Positions 40,082-52,320 of a DNA stretch of 64,000 bases are shown here, in pieces. The DNA is taken from positions 58,590,001-58,654,000 of the forward strand of contig OZ249436.1 of the NCBI GenBank assembly GCA_965235115.1, in the 5' to 3' direction. This stretch comes from Laetmonice hystrix (taxonomy: Eukaryota). Positions within the stretch are counted from its first letter, which is position 1, and every line of letters starts with the position of its first letter. The position numbers and the translations under genes are program-made. The notes below the pieces were generated by a model. That model saw only the letters and a program-made list of their open reading frames with translations, did not search any database and had not been told where the DNA came from.

Positions 40082-43000
40082 CTGATGGGAGAGGGTAGCA
40101 AACGGGCCTCCCCGCTGGGACCGGTCTGCAGACGCCATGCAGTCTCGACCCAAGTGTTTAGGCCGGGTGATGGCCAGTGAGTTATGGTTGGCGGACATCC
40201 TTTTGTGTGTGAGGATCATCACATCAAGGATTGGCGTCTCCAGAGTTATCTACTGGTGCAAACGAAGGTCATATATCACTGACAAGCAACTGATTTAGGT
40301 TTGAGTGCTTCACTGGTCCGCTGGGGCAGACCTCTTACCATTAAATGAGAGTGAATCCTCGCTGAGCTTTGCATGTGGCATGACTGAACGAAGGGCTGCT
40401 CTCCTCAGATTTAAAACCTTCACAACATCATTGTGATCGGCGCAGCAGAGTTGCCCACGTGAAAATATTCAGTGCCGTCGTATCGTTTTCCAGGTTCGTA
40501 AAACTGTTTAGAAATGCGTAAAGAAGACCACCAGCTGTGAGGCCATGTCTCATTTCGAATTTGTCCTGGCTAAGCTGGGATAATCATATTTCAGTTCCAA
40601 ATACAGTTGAGATTATCCTAAAAAATATAATCCGATGTGGCAAAGTGATTCAAATCACGTGTTTGTGAAGGAGGATTATCCGTCTAAGTCTGAAAATCGG
40701 GTCTGAACTGAAAGTAGACACCCGGAACAACATGCAAGTTTGTGGTCTCAACTGAACGAGACAACACAATATGCAAGTTTGTAGGGATATTATGTGGACA
40801 TTTTCACACGAACCATGAATAAACAGACCGCTGAGGTTCTGCCCCGGCTGTGGCTGCTCTGCCGTGTTAAAGGTTATCAACAAAGTGATGTTAATGTGGC
40901 TCTAACTTTGCGTGTCGACCGGCTCTCAGAGGACCGACACTCGGCGGATAGAGTGAATCCTTTAAAGGACCGAGCGTGGAGGATGACGGGTCGGTGACAC
41001 AGTCAGGCTCCCCTGGTGACCTGGGGTCATCTGAACCTCCATCGGCCTAATCCCTGACATGATAAATAGCTGGGGGAAAGTACATTACTTAATCCCATTA
41101 AGAGATCCTAGCTGGTCCCCGGATATTACGGCTTCGGTCAGTGAACGCTCATATCGCTTTGAAAACGTTCATAATTTGGGAAGCACGGACCTGGTTGGAA
41201 TAATCGTCCGTGGAGTGCGGTTCTAACTTGAGAGAATGGATGGTGCAGGCTTGAATTTTGGACATCATTTCAAGTTATTTTATTTCACAGAGGAAGGGAA
41301 AAATCAACCACTTTATCTATTTTTAAGAAAAACGAGAAATAAAAAATAGTATAGAGTGGGCTGCGATTTTGACATGTACTCGGTTCGTAATATGTCCGTG
41401 ATCTATTATTCATCAACAGCTGACACTGACATCGTACTTGGACCAGATTTAGAAACTTCATTCTCAAAGGTTATATCACATGAAAGTGAATGTTGATCAG
41501 AAAACGACCACCGCGGTGTCTGTCTGGAACCAAAGGACCATTGCCTGACCATATCGAGAAGGAACCTTCACGGTAAAGACTGGCACAGCGGGTGCTGTAT
41601 TCCAGTCACCACTTGGTATAAGAAACCGAACAGGGCTAAGTACGAATTACCAGTTGAAAAGTGACAGTGGTGATTGACAGCTGGTAGGGGAAAGAGGCGT
41701 TCCCCGGGGCAGGACCAGTATAAAAGTGACCATTGCTTCACACTAAGGAGACAGGCCGGGCTTGACATGCCCATCCCAACTTGTTAGAATGTCCCTGTGC
41801 CCCGTCACCTTATTGATTAAACCCTTCGCATTCTTCCCAAGGTCAGTATTGATAACTGTCGAAGGAGGCCAAATGGAACCCTTTGGCTATAAGTGCCCCT
41901 ATTGTTGCTCTTTAATGACCGCCAATTCCATTTACCGTCTTTAACATCAATTTCCATACAAAGTTTACATCAAATACTTTGTACTAGACCAGAGCCGTCG
42001 TTCCAAGTTTTATCAAATCTACCCCAAATACAACCAGGAATTCCAGAGTAGAGATTGAAATGAAAATGAACATGGTTCATCTTAAGAAGCGTTAACTTCA
42101 AAGGTCTGTGGCAGTGTCACTGGGGAGTTATTACGGATTGTAGGCGTGTTACAGATGTGGCGATGCCAGGGGGACGGTAACCTCTGGGCAGGTCGCCCGG
42201 GCAGGCCCATCATTTTTCAGCCAGCCTCTCAAAGGGCATGGCACAATGGCTGTGAAACACAAGACGCAGCGCATCTGCCCACAGTGATTCAGCCCAATGC
42301 TGCCGGTCAGAATGAGGCTGTCTGGATAACATCGGCCTGTTTCAAACTGCATTTTCGTTTTTTTGTGTGTGTTTCATTGACCTACCACTGCGCCAGCCTG
42401 ACTTGCTGCGCACCATGTAATTGTGCACTCCACCCATCCGTAGCGCACGAGAAAACCGACAACAATGAACCATGTTGGCAGAATGGTGGCCATTTATCAT
42501 AACCCATCGTGTCTGGAACGCGGTCGATTATAACTCTGGCATCTGCTTTTGAATTCACAAAACAGTAACATTATTCGCGTCTGTCTCTAATTTTAATTTA
42601 TGTAAAGTCGCCGTAACTGTAGACCCCATCGCGACGTCTGAGGTCCATGGTGTAAACAGGAATTGCCACACGTGGCAGACAGTAATGAGCTAGTAGTGTG
42701 GTTGTCCTTTTGGACTGATAGATGGTATCATATCTCTGGTAGCTCATCAAACACTTACACTGTCTGATTATGATACAAGTGTCAAATAGTTTGCCCCCTT
42801 GGATGCACCGGCACCACGTTTTACAGCTCATAAAATGGGGGCGGAGTTGTTGCAGACAGTTCGCCTGTGTGATGTATCACCAAATGATCTTTCGGTGACA
42901 AGAGGTGCTAACCCAGTGTATTATTTGATGGCATAAATACGGCAGACACAATCACATGGGGATTCAAGGCAAGATCAGGAAAACACGCTGGTGAAAATAT

Positions 43001-43149
43001 TCCATCTTGCTTTATAAGCAGACATGGGTTGATATAGTTGAGATACGAACCGGTCTAAATTAGACAACCTCGTACATATCAGGGAAGGTCTGATATAACC
43101 AGCAACTCTTCATTCTGGGGTAATACCAACGGTTCGAGAAAGACTCGCT

Positions 43150-43470
43150 GCCAGAGGTTTACAACAGCGACTTGTACTACACAAGGGTCTCGGGGCAGAC
43201 AGACTCCTCTCTGCCAATAAGTTTGATATACTTCGGTTTCAGGTTCCCATCTGAACCATGTTAGTTGGATTCAATCTCAGCATCTTGTACGAGTCCAGAT
43301 ATGTTCGTAGAACATCAGCCGAAATGTCCGCCCGTCTGAACTCGGTCAGCCTAAGCTCCACTTCTGTATGCCGCACATGGTATTCTGTAAATCAGATTGC
43401 AGATGAGGTCTTGTTTCTGTCTCCGTGCCAGACTGAGAGAAAGGGCTGGTGAGCAATGGAGCCGGGTTTG
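43150..43470 (-). mobile_element. Degenerate GIY-YIG endonuclease fragment, Penelope-like retroelement relic
   Basis: KQDLICNLIYRIPC (43375-43401) is followed, after a stop and a one-base frameshift, by VQTG/RTFRLMFYEH (43301-43338). This matches the Penelope pattern VVY.IPC...YIGQTGR.F..R..EH. Confidence 0.5.
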
Positions 43471-44709
43471 ATAAGTGGTTGAGTAGCCCACCTCGTGAAG
43501 GCTTGGCTGCCTCCTAAAGGAGCATGGCCTGTGTTCAGTCCAAGGGCCGTCCGCAGTCGAAGGGACCTTAATTGACCTGTCTCCTATCTGTCCCTAACTC
43601 AATTCACATGGTAGAATTTTAGGAAACAAAGTTCCAAACCAAGTTATCCAAATGAGACATTAAGTTTAGGGCAATCAGATGGATCCCGCTGAATATAATT
43701 CTTGTGAGACTGCGCTGTCTTTCATTTGAATGAAGGCCCGACCTTTGTTGGCAAGGCAGACAGCGGAACGTACAAGGAATGTCGGATTGATTGGAAGCTA
43801 TTGATGACGTGATTATATGCATTTGCCGGTGGTCACCTGGGATTTACACTCAAAAACCCTATAGAGTTTTTTGATGTCAGTATGACTTCCTGAAGTTCGT
43901 AACTCGAGGGACCTTTGATTTTGATAATTACATTATGTATTCTCTTGATTTGAGGTTATAGGGCAAAAATAAATATTGTCATTAGCATGGGTATAGTTAG
44001 TGAGGGAGACACTGACAAGGCCTATTTAGTCTATTATAATGGAGATGACATGAGTTCGACTATAGGACTCATTTGCTGAACAGTCCCCAGTCTTTCAGTC
44101 TTTCCAACAGGCCTGCAAAGTCTGATTTGTGACTGAACCATGTCTATTCCCACCATCTATGCATACTGTCAAGGGATTGACTAGAACCTTTAAGAGACAA
44201 GAACCTTAAACTGAAACCTTAAAGCTATTCTCGCCAGAGATTTCTAAAGAAGGAATAATATTGCTTTCAGAGCAATCACTCTGTTGGTTGTTTTTACGAG
44301 GAGCTTCGAATGTTCAATTTAATGTCAATTACCGTGATTGATATTCGAACGTGGTCATTGTGGTGGACTCGGGTCTCGACGTGCATCTAAAACAACAGGT
44401 GGGCATGAGTGTGTGAAATCAGTACCTCCCTCCAGGCCCAAGACAAGCTCACAGAATAATTCAAGTTGGCACACTCAGTTCGTGCCTCAGCCAAACCTGG
44501 GAACTAAATTCTGGTCTGATCGCTATTCTTTTGAAATCGGATTGCCTTACAGACGGTCGAGTGACCAAAACACCATAACGCAATGTGAGATCAAAACACC
44601 TTTTTTACCTTTTTTTCTTATTTTCTAAATACAAACTACGAGTCATTTCCTAGCCGACTTCCAACAGACAGAATCATGCTAAACTAAGTCGTGCCATAGC
44701 TGCAACCTA

Positions 44710-44938
44710 TATAGGCCATGGGCCAGATATGGTCCCCGTGCACCCCCCTCCCCACCACTCAACAAAACTATGTTTTTCTGAAGCCCCTGGATCTACTGAA
44801 CACGAATATCCATGTTAACATTGAAAATTTAGGTATGCACTCCATGTTTTGATTGCTTTTGTAAGGGTACCCCATGTCGCTTTTTTCGACTTTCGGGCAA
44901 AACGAAAATAAGGGGGTATGGTTCATTCTTGGCCTATA
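44710..44938. mobile_element. Possible small MITE with short terminal inverted repeats
   Basis: tataggcca at 44710 and tggcctata ending at 44938 form a perfect 9-bp inverted pair. The arms diverge immediately inside. Confidence 0.2.
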
Positions 44939-45848
44939 ATCTGAGTTTTCTTTTACTGATCTACATGGGACATAATCGTATTATATCAGTGACACTTTCA
45001 CCAGTGTCTGTTAAGGAACTTGCCAGAAACTTGTAGGGGGGTAATCCTAGAAAACAATATCAGTCGTTGATGAATGTGATACTGATTGAATCCAATTCAG
45101 ATAATGATTATTATTTGATTAATGAAATGGATTTAATACTAACTTTGTGGAATGATTCTCAGTTTTCGCGGTATTAACGTAATCTGTTTGGTGTAGCATG
45201 TTAACATGAAATTCTAGAAAAGTAAAGTAATCAGTAGGAAAAGATTTATTTAACTAAGGACTAGATGACGAGTAAATGTTTACCGAAGCATTTAAAAAGG
45301 ACGACAGGATAATCAGCACGATGAGCGTAGCTAAAAGAAGATATTTAAGTTGACGGAGGTTCCACAATGGTTGAATGAAAACATAGGCTGTTATCATACT
45401 TGATAGGCAGTGAAGGAAAATATATCCTTCTATCAGTTCACGCAGGCGTTCCGGTGCATGTAAGTAGTTAAGCAGTGTGAAATGTCACCGTCTTCGTTGT
45501 TCAAGCCAGAATATCAAGCTCAAACCGCACTTCGGAGGTTTTAAATTCTGGCATCAGCTCGCCAGCGAAAGGCTGGGATGTTCGGAGATCGACACTAGAA
45601 GTAAGAAAATTGTGTATCAAAGTGACAACTCAAAAGTAGGTAAATTTATGAGTGATTGGTAGGTTTACGCTCTGACAGCATCGATTGCTCAATTTCAGGA
45701 GCACGCTGAGGACATCATGATGGCGATGATGATAAGAGCAAACTAGACACATCTGAAGTTGTCGCATACGGACCGTATACCTACATAAAGAACGAGAATC
45801 CAAACATCGCGAGCTGGTGGGCTAACAACGACGGGTCTCTCAAATTAG

Positions 45849-46589
45849 TATGAACCCTTTCGGATTGCGTCATGTACAGTACTCAATATGAACACGGTCG
45901 GATTGCGTCATGTACGGTACTCAATATGAACACATTCGGATTGCGTCATGTACGGTACTCAATATGAACACATTCCGATTGCATCATGTACGGTACTCAA
46001 TATGAACACATTCCGATTGCATCATGTACGGTACTCAATATGAACGTTAGGACTGCGTCATGTACGGTACTCAATATGAACACATTCGGATTGCGTCATG
46101 TACGGTACCCAATATAAACACATTCGGATTGCGTCATGTACGGTACTCAATATGAACACGGTCGGATTGCGTCATGTACGGTACTCAATATGAACACATT
46201 CGGATTGCGTCATGTACGGTACTCAATATGAACACGTTAGGATTGCGTCATGTACAGTACTCAATATAAACACATTCGGATTGCGTCATGTACGGTACTC
46301 AATATGAACACGGTCGGATTGCGTCATGTACGGTACTCAATATGAACACGGTCGGATTGCGTCATGTACGGTACTCAATATGAACACGGTCGGATTGCGT
46401 CATGTACGGTACTCAATATGAACACGGTCGGATTGCGTCATGTACGGTACTCAATATGAACACGTTAGGATTTCGTCATGTACGGTACTCAATATAAACA
46501 CATTCGGATTGCGTCATGTACGGTACTCAATATGAACACGGTCGGATTGCGTCATGTACGGTACTCAATATGAACACGTTCAGATTGCG
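45849..46589. repeat. 38-bp tandem minisatellite, 19 full units plus partial ends
   Basis: Consensus cggattgcgtcatgtacggtactcaatatgaacac(att/ggt/gtt). Units start at 45861, 45899 ... 46543, with one 36-bp unit at 46013. There are no unique spacers. Confidence 0.98.
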
Positions 46590-47990
46590 ACAACCCTAAC
46601 TAGTAACGGAATGGTGAGAGGTTATTTAGAACGCCCCCTTACGATAGATCTACACAGATTTGGCAGCCACTTCACTTGACCAGTGAGTCATCCATACGGG
46701 CATAGGTTTACTTTGGTATCCGTAACGGCATTGACGTTATCACCGTCATTCTCTGAGCAGTGTATGGAATTGATTGATTCCTGCTCCATGCTATCACTGG
46801 AGACACGATAACCGTACCTATTACCATTCGGCCAAGACACTGAGTCCCCCACCATTGGAGCTGGAGAGTTAACAATTAATCATTTTGTACCGTTTTAACG
46901 TTGCTCCACATTTTTCTGAACCACAATGACTGATCTCCTGAAGACAAAGATTGATCTTACATGACCCTGACACGAGCCACCACTGATGTCGGCTCCATCA
47001 CGTTGGACCCAGAGTAAGAGCAATGCCATGTTGGAGTGGGATCACACTTGTAATACTTCCACTCATGGCATTTGCTATAACGAGCTCGTTGGACTATTGC
47101 CATAGCCACAGGTCTCAGGCTGCGCCTTACACCATAATTGTACAGGTGACATTTGAAATTAGCTCAAACCTGAAGTTCGGTTCCCTCCTCGTCTTTACAG
47201 GGACGTGCGTTACGTCTAGGGAGAATGATGGGACACGTGGTGAATGATTTATATGAGAATGTCACCATATGACATGCTGTCAGTATTTTTTTTATAAATC
47301 CACCCTGTAACAAATATTGCATGATCAAGCGTGTAACGCAACGCCATGCCCCCCTTGCTAGAAAAATAAAACATATTGTTACCGGTTAAAGAAATTCTGG
47401 TTTCACAGTTGTTCCATAAAGAAATTGGTTAACAGATACTGATTTAGGCACCATACAATCTCCGTGACTTGTCGAGAAGATCATCACACGAGATAATCTG
47501 ACAAGCGTGCAGGAACATGCAAAAAATAGTCAAGAGATCTGTTTGCTTGGTCAGTTTTATTTTAAATGTTAATTTCCATTACATTGAAAACTGTCAAATT
47601 TGATAAGAACACTCTGTAACCAAAGAGGATCATGTCAGAACCAGAGTATTCCGGCACCGGGAAGTCATCAAGGAGATCGAAAATACTTTTTCGTAAAGTC
47701 TCGCTGCTGCCTCAGGGTTGGCAGCGTGGATTATTAAGATCAGTGGAGTGGAGGCTTCTAGTAGATTTTACCCACGCGGGCAGGTAGCGCTGCTTTATGA
47801 AACATTCATCTGGTGTTGTCCATCATTCAGATTTGCATGGCAGATTCTGGATGGATGAACTGATTTTGTGTTTAGTGCGACAAAGACACAAATCAGTAAA
47901 GTGAGATTGCTAAATGAGGGATGTCGTATTGATCTCGGCCTTGGCGCCTCCTACTGGCGAGTATTTCTAGCTATGTTATCAAGGCCGTAC

Positions 47991-48038
47991 GTACGGCCTG
48001 TTCCAGCTGACACTGTACGGCCTGTTCCAGCTGACACT
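47991..48038. repeat. 24-bp perfect tandem duplication
   Basis: gtacggcctgttccagctgacact occurs twice, at 47991 and 48015. Confidence 0.96.
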
Positions 48039-48834
48039 ATACCCGAGAACACATGGATATGATACCTGCACGGTAATTGTCAGACTGGTTTTACCGTATC
48101 TGTCAGTGACGCGCTTCAGGTGGTAAGACCATGATGTGGCCAAGAAAGATCAGAATTTTATATCATTGGTGAAGCTAGCACAAGCCAAGCCAGACAAACT
48201 GAGGGACATTGTAAATTCAAGCCAGGCTTCTCGGTTCAAGTGGGCTTGCCTGCCTGGCAACAAATTGCTGACAAAGTCCTGCCAATGCGGGCGGGCTGCG
48301 GGCGCGGTCATGGCGGCTGTGGCTCCAAGTTGGAGGGGGTGTACGTGCCTCATCCTCTCCAGCCCATATAGAGCAGGCTCGATGGTCGGTTGATGTCACC
48401 AAACCTTGTGTAGCCACAGCATTATTGGGTGCCCCTGGCTTTACTCTATCGCCCGTTCTCCCTGCCCCCTCTCCCGTCACCCACTATAATATAAATGCCA
48501 ACGATGGAAATCCTACCATCATAAATTCACGGTCCTCACCATTTTCCTGTTTGGGTCATGAATATAAAATATTGCTCATTGACCTGATTTATGGATTTAT
48601 GCTCTATAAGCTACAAAGCTGCCAGACGGTTTTGAAGTTTAGGGCGAACAAAATCAGAATAAAGTACAAGTGTGGTCACCCATTGCTGCTTGAACAGAGT
48701 GGGGACACATGATAGAAGGCAGACAAACGGCATATAATAGAACAAAGTATGCACGGTTGTTATCCTGCCTCATGATTCATCCAGCTATTGTTATGGCGAA
48801 CACTGACGCTGGTAGCGCTATAATATTCCTGTTA

Positions 48835-50002
48835 TCAAATGGATAATGCAGACAAAATCTGGCCTTTGAAGGCAACACCATGTTTCACTGCGTTAGATAT
48901 GGCCACTGCTGAATGCAACCATCCATATTTTCCATAGTTCTCGTAGATCCGACATCTTGGCATCCCCAAAAATAAGAAAGAGTTGGTGAGGACTATGGAA
49001 GCTTTGATATAGAACCGTCCAGGTAGGTTGAAGGCCAGCGTGTTGGAGTCGTTGGTGGCAATCAAGAGCTGCTCATTGAACTGTCCTCGGACGACCTTGG
49101 TTCCAGTGAGGAATGACCATGCCGTGAAGGAGCCCGACAGAGAGAGCTTCTCCTGACAGCCTCGGCATATATCAACGCACGGTGAGCTGTGCAGACCGGA
49201 GCTGTAAGCTGAGACAGGGAGGATAGCAGACACCGCCAAATAGCTTCCTGATGCAGCAATCATGAAAGAGCTGTTGACCTCTGCATCACTAACCGAGCAA
49301 TAAGAGTTGCCAAGAAGGATAGATCATCGGAGAACCAAAGAGCCTCCCATTACATATCTGTTGGTGCTGCCTTTCAGACTGTAAGCTGAGACTGTGGCGA
49401 GCAAGCACCAGTGAACACCAAATGGACCCCTCGTGGCTTCCTCCTAGTCTTGTCTTATCCCCCTAGGATTGATGTTTTCTCCGATCAGATAACACCACCC
49501 TGCTTTAGACCCGCCTGCACACTCCCCGACAAAAGGGAGATAAGTTTTACAAATTCAGTAGTAGAAGAATTTAAGCATAACAAGGTGCTGTGACATTTCC
49601 CCTGGAGCCATAAATCATACGGTGGTGCCATATTGAATCTAGGTTAGCAAAGGCATCCTCTGTTTGGGCAAGCCATGATGATTGTGGCAAGGAAATTGCT
49701 GCAATGAATTGCATTAAAGGTATTCATAGAGTGGCTCTATTGTTGTAGAGGTTAGGGTATTCCGTCAGCTTATTAATCATACATGCAGGGAATGCTTCAA
49801 GCAAGAAATCTGGACCATTTGGAGAGCATTGAATGTTGTTAGACCCGAACAGGTCGTGTATATCAATTACCAGAAGCGGCATAGCGCCAGTCGATGCTGA
49901 CACCCACCTAATGTACCTTTCCCGCAACATTCGCACTTTAGAATTCTTGATGGCCTCCAGCTCTGAGATATTTGCTCTGCAGAGTAACCATGGCGCCAGC
50001 AT
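48835..50002 (-). mobile_element. Degenerate tyrosine-recombinase retrotransposon (DIRS/Ngaro-like): RNase H-like then recombinase-like segments
   Basis: The 49724-50002 frame has ISELEAIK..VRMLRERYIRWVS...LVIDIHDLFGSNNIQCSP, resembling the DIRS RNase H ELEAI...DIHDL...I..SP(EW) segment. Downstream, in a frame overlapping the 142-aa ORF, PHQLFLIFGDAKMSDLRELWKIWMVAFSSGHI*RSE resembles recombinase box I (AF.G..R.SE), with a stop at the catalytic Arg position. Domain order matches DIRS/Ngaro. Confidence 0.4.
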
Positions 50003-52226
50003 CAGCCCGTGAAAATGCGTAAGGGCTTATGATTAATGAAAAGCACAAATGAGCAGGGATATCTCCGGTCCCTTCTTTAGCAACAGACTTGACGTGATGG
50101 AGTGCCATAACGGCCTACTTAATGAGATACTGTGCATCCTGCATCTTTTGTTATCAGATTCTTTGAGGGTTCTTTCTCGGAGGGTGACAGGTTCATGATG
50201 TAAACTGAAACTGAGCTGGATTGAGGAGTTTCACGTAATGAATATTTTAGATATGAGACCTGTATAATTAGCATATAACAGCTATATTGTCTGCATAGAT
50301 TCAGATCAAGTTATTGATAAAGGAAAATAATGAAATTGCGATCCCGGAAAGGGATACCGATACCTCGGTTACGGACATGGCATAAATTCACCGTCACCAT
50401 CTAATTCCTCGCATGTGAATAACCTTGGACTCGCTCTCTTAGGTTAAAATTTAAACAAACAATTTCATTATCCAGGAGCTTAATAAAGCTGTTACCCTGT
50501 CTCTGATTGTTAGATGATTCCCGGAATTTAGCCGTAAGTTCCACGTTGGTATTCAGTGCAGACTTTACCAGAGCGGCCACTAAACGGAATATTTGACTAC
50601 ATCATGCAACCCCATAGCATGAAGACAAATGATGGTGCACCGGGGACTTGTCCTAATTCTGTCCGATCTGATTGCCACAATTAGTACTATGGTTGTTTTG
50701 GTGTTTGCCGTTGTCTCAGACAATGAAAACAACCCTCATGTGGCATTGTACGCAAAGATTCCTCCGAAGGGGCTATGTATGGCTGGATTCCGTGCATTTT
50801 TAACTCCCCACAGCATTCTCTTCAGATTCTTCAGAGGATACTAAATTAATTATTTAGTACGCCTACTTGCAAGTATCACGTTACGCATTAGGCCACTGAC
50901 GTAGATTAAGAAGGCCGTTTGGAAATTGTTGCTCGGTATCTGTAGTTGAAAGATGATATAATACGTACCACCTACATGGATATCTATGATGCATCGATCA
51001 AAATTATGGATTTTTCGGGGGGAGGGGGGCAAATTAACATATATATTGATTGGGCCGCGGGTGTTACAGTCTTAGATCAGAGAAATATCTTGGTCACATT
51101 TGATAGCAGGTTATAGGGGTTGAGGCAGAAACCCGTCTGGGCCACTAGCCGAGGAGCCATATACAACATTGAGGCTGAACAGATAGCCACCCTGCCTATC
51201 AGGCTAAGTGCCCTATGTCTCTCTAGGGATCAGTCCCCCCGCCTCCCCTACCCTGCCTACAGCAACCTATTCTCAACCCCCAGTCACACCCATATAGAGT
51301 CATTCGTGCCGATCAAGCGTGTGCAGTTCGAAGAAAGAAATGCAGCCTGCGCATTCCACAATGGGGTAAAGCGCTGGCACAGTGCCCCACATCAGGTGAG
51401 AGTCTTGATTTAAAAAGCCCCAGCAGCTCTCTCTCTCATGGGGCCCATTCATACTCATACTTTATCCATTATCAACGCTGGCCAATCCCCTTCATTACAT
51501 TGTAGATGTCATTGTCTGGTTTGCCCTTGCAAGGAGAATATATGGCCTCGTAATGCAAGGCACCCATATCCTGCTGTCGGGAAAGAAAGCTCCCTCAGCA
51601 TGTTTTGCAGGAAGTGAAGCAATGCACAGGGAGGAATGCATCCTGATTCATAAGGGGTGCCATGCTAGAATTCTTCCCTTCCAGGCTCGGCCTGTTCCGA
51701 TACAATACTAAGTGTCTAGGAGTCCTTTGTAAACCATCACTGAGGAATGCATGCCCGGCGACTATCAATGCAAGAGCAGCAAGGACATTAAGACGGTGTT
51801 TTATCGGCTCGAACACAGCGCATGAGTCGGTCTGTATACATTTTTTTTGCTGGATGACAAGCACTGTGGATGTCGTAAGATATAATATCTCCTAATGCTC
51901 TAGTCGCTGGGGGCACTGCCTGCCTCCGAGGAAGCTTTCATTTTGATACTTGAATGGATCTCCTCTAAATATAGACATGGAAGGTTAGCACTGGAGCGAC
52001 TGGCCTCTGGGCTTGAGTCGGGGTCCTGGGCCAGTGGAAGGATCCCGTAGGACATTCTTCAATAATATAATCAGTTCATGGTGATCATACAAAGGCTTCG
52101 TCTCAGTTTACGATGTGACCCTATTTCTGTCAGTGCTTTATGTGAGGATGACGGTGATTTGTGTCGGTCGTTTCTCCCAAACTGCGCCAAGGTCAGAGAG
52201 AGGGAGAGAGAGAGCACACATGGGCG

Positions 52227-52320
52227 GTCAGGAAGCAGGTAGTGTGATCATTGAGCTGGCTATTAACAACAAGTCAGGAAGCAGGTAGTGTGATCATTGA
52301 GCTGGCTATTAACAACAAGT
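52227..52320. repeat. 46-bp perfect tandem duplication
   Basis: gtcaggaagcaggtagtgtgatcattgagctggctattaacaacaa occurs at 52227 and 52273. Confidence 0.97.

Noticed and set aside
45849-46589. CRISPR array interpretation of the 38-bp repeat
   Set aside because: Units are head-to-tail with only point variants, there are no unique spacers, and no cas genes are present.
48136-48393. ORF start SLVKLAQAKPDKLRDIVNSS faintly resembling a small Polinton/adintovirus protein
   Set aside because: Only a short, low-complexity resemblance with a GTG start, and no other Polinton genes (polB, integrase, ATPase, capsid) recognised nearby.
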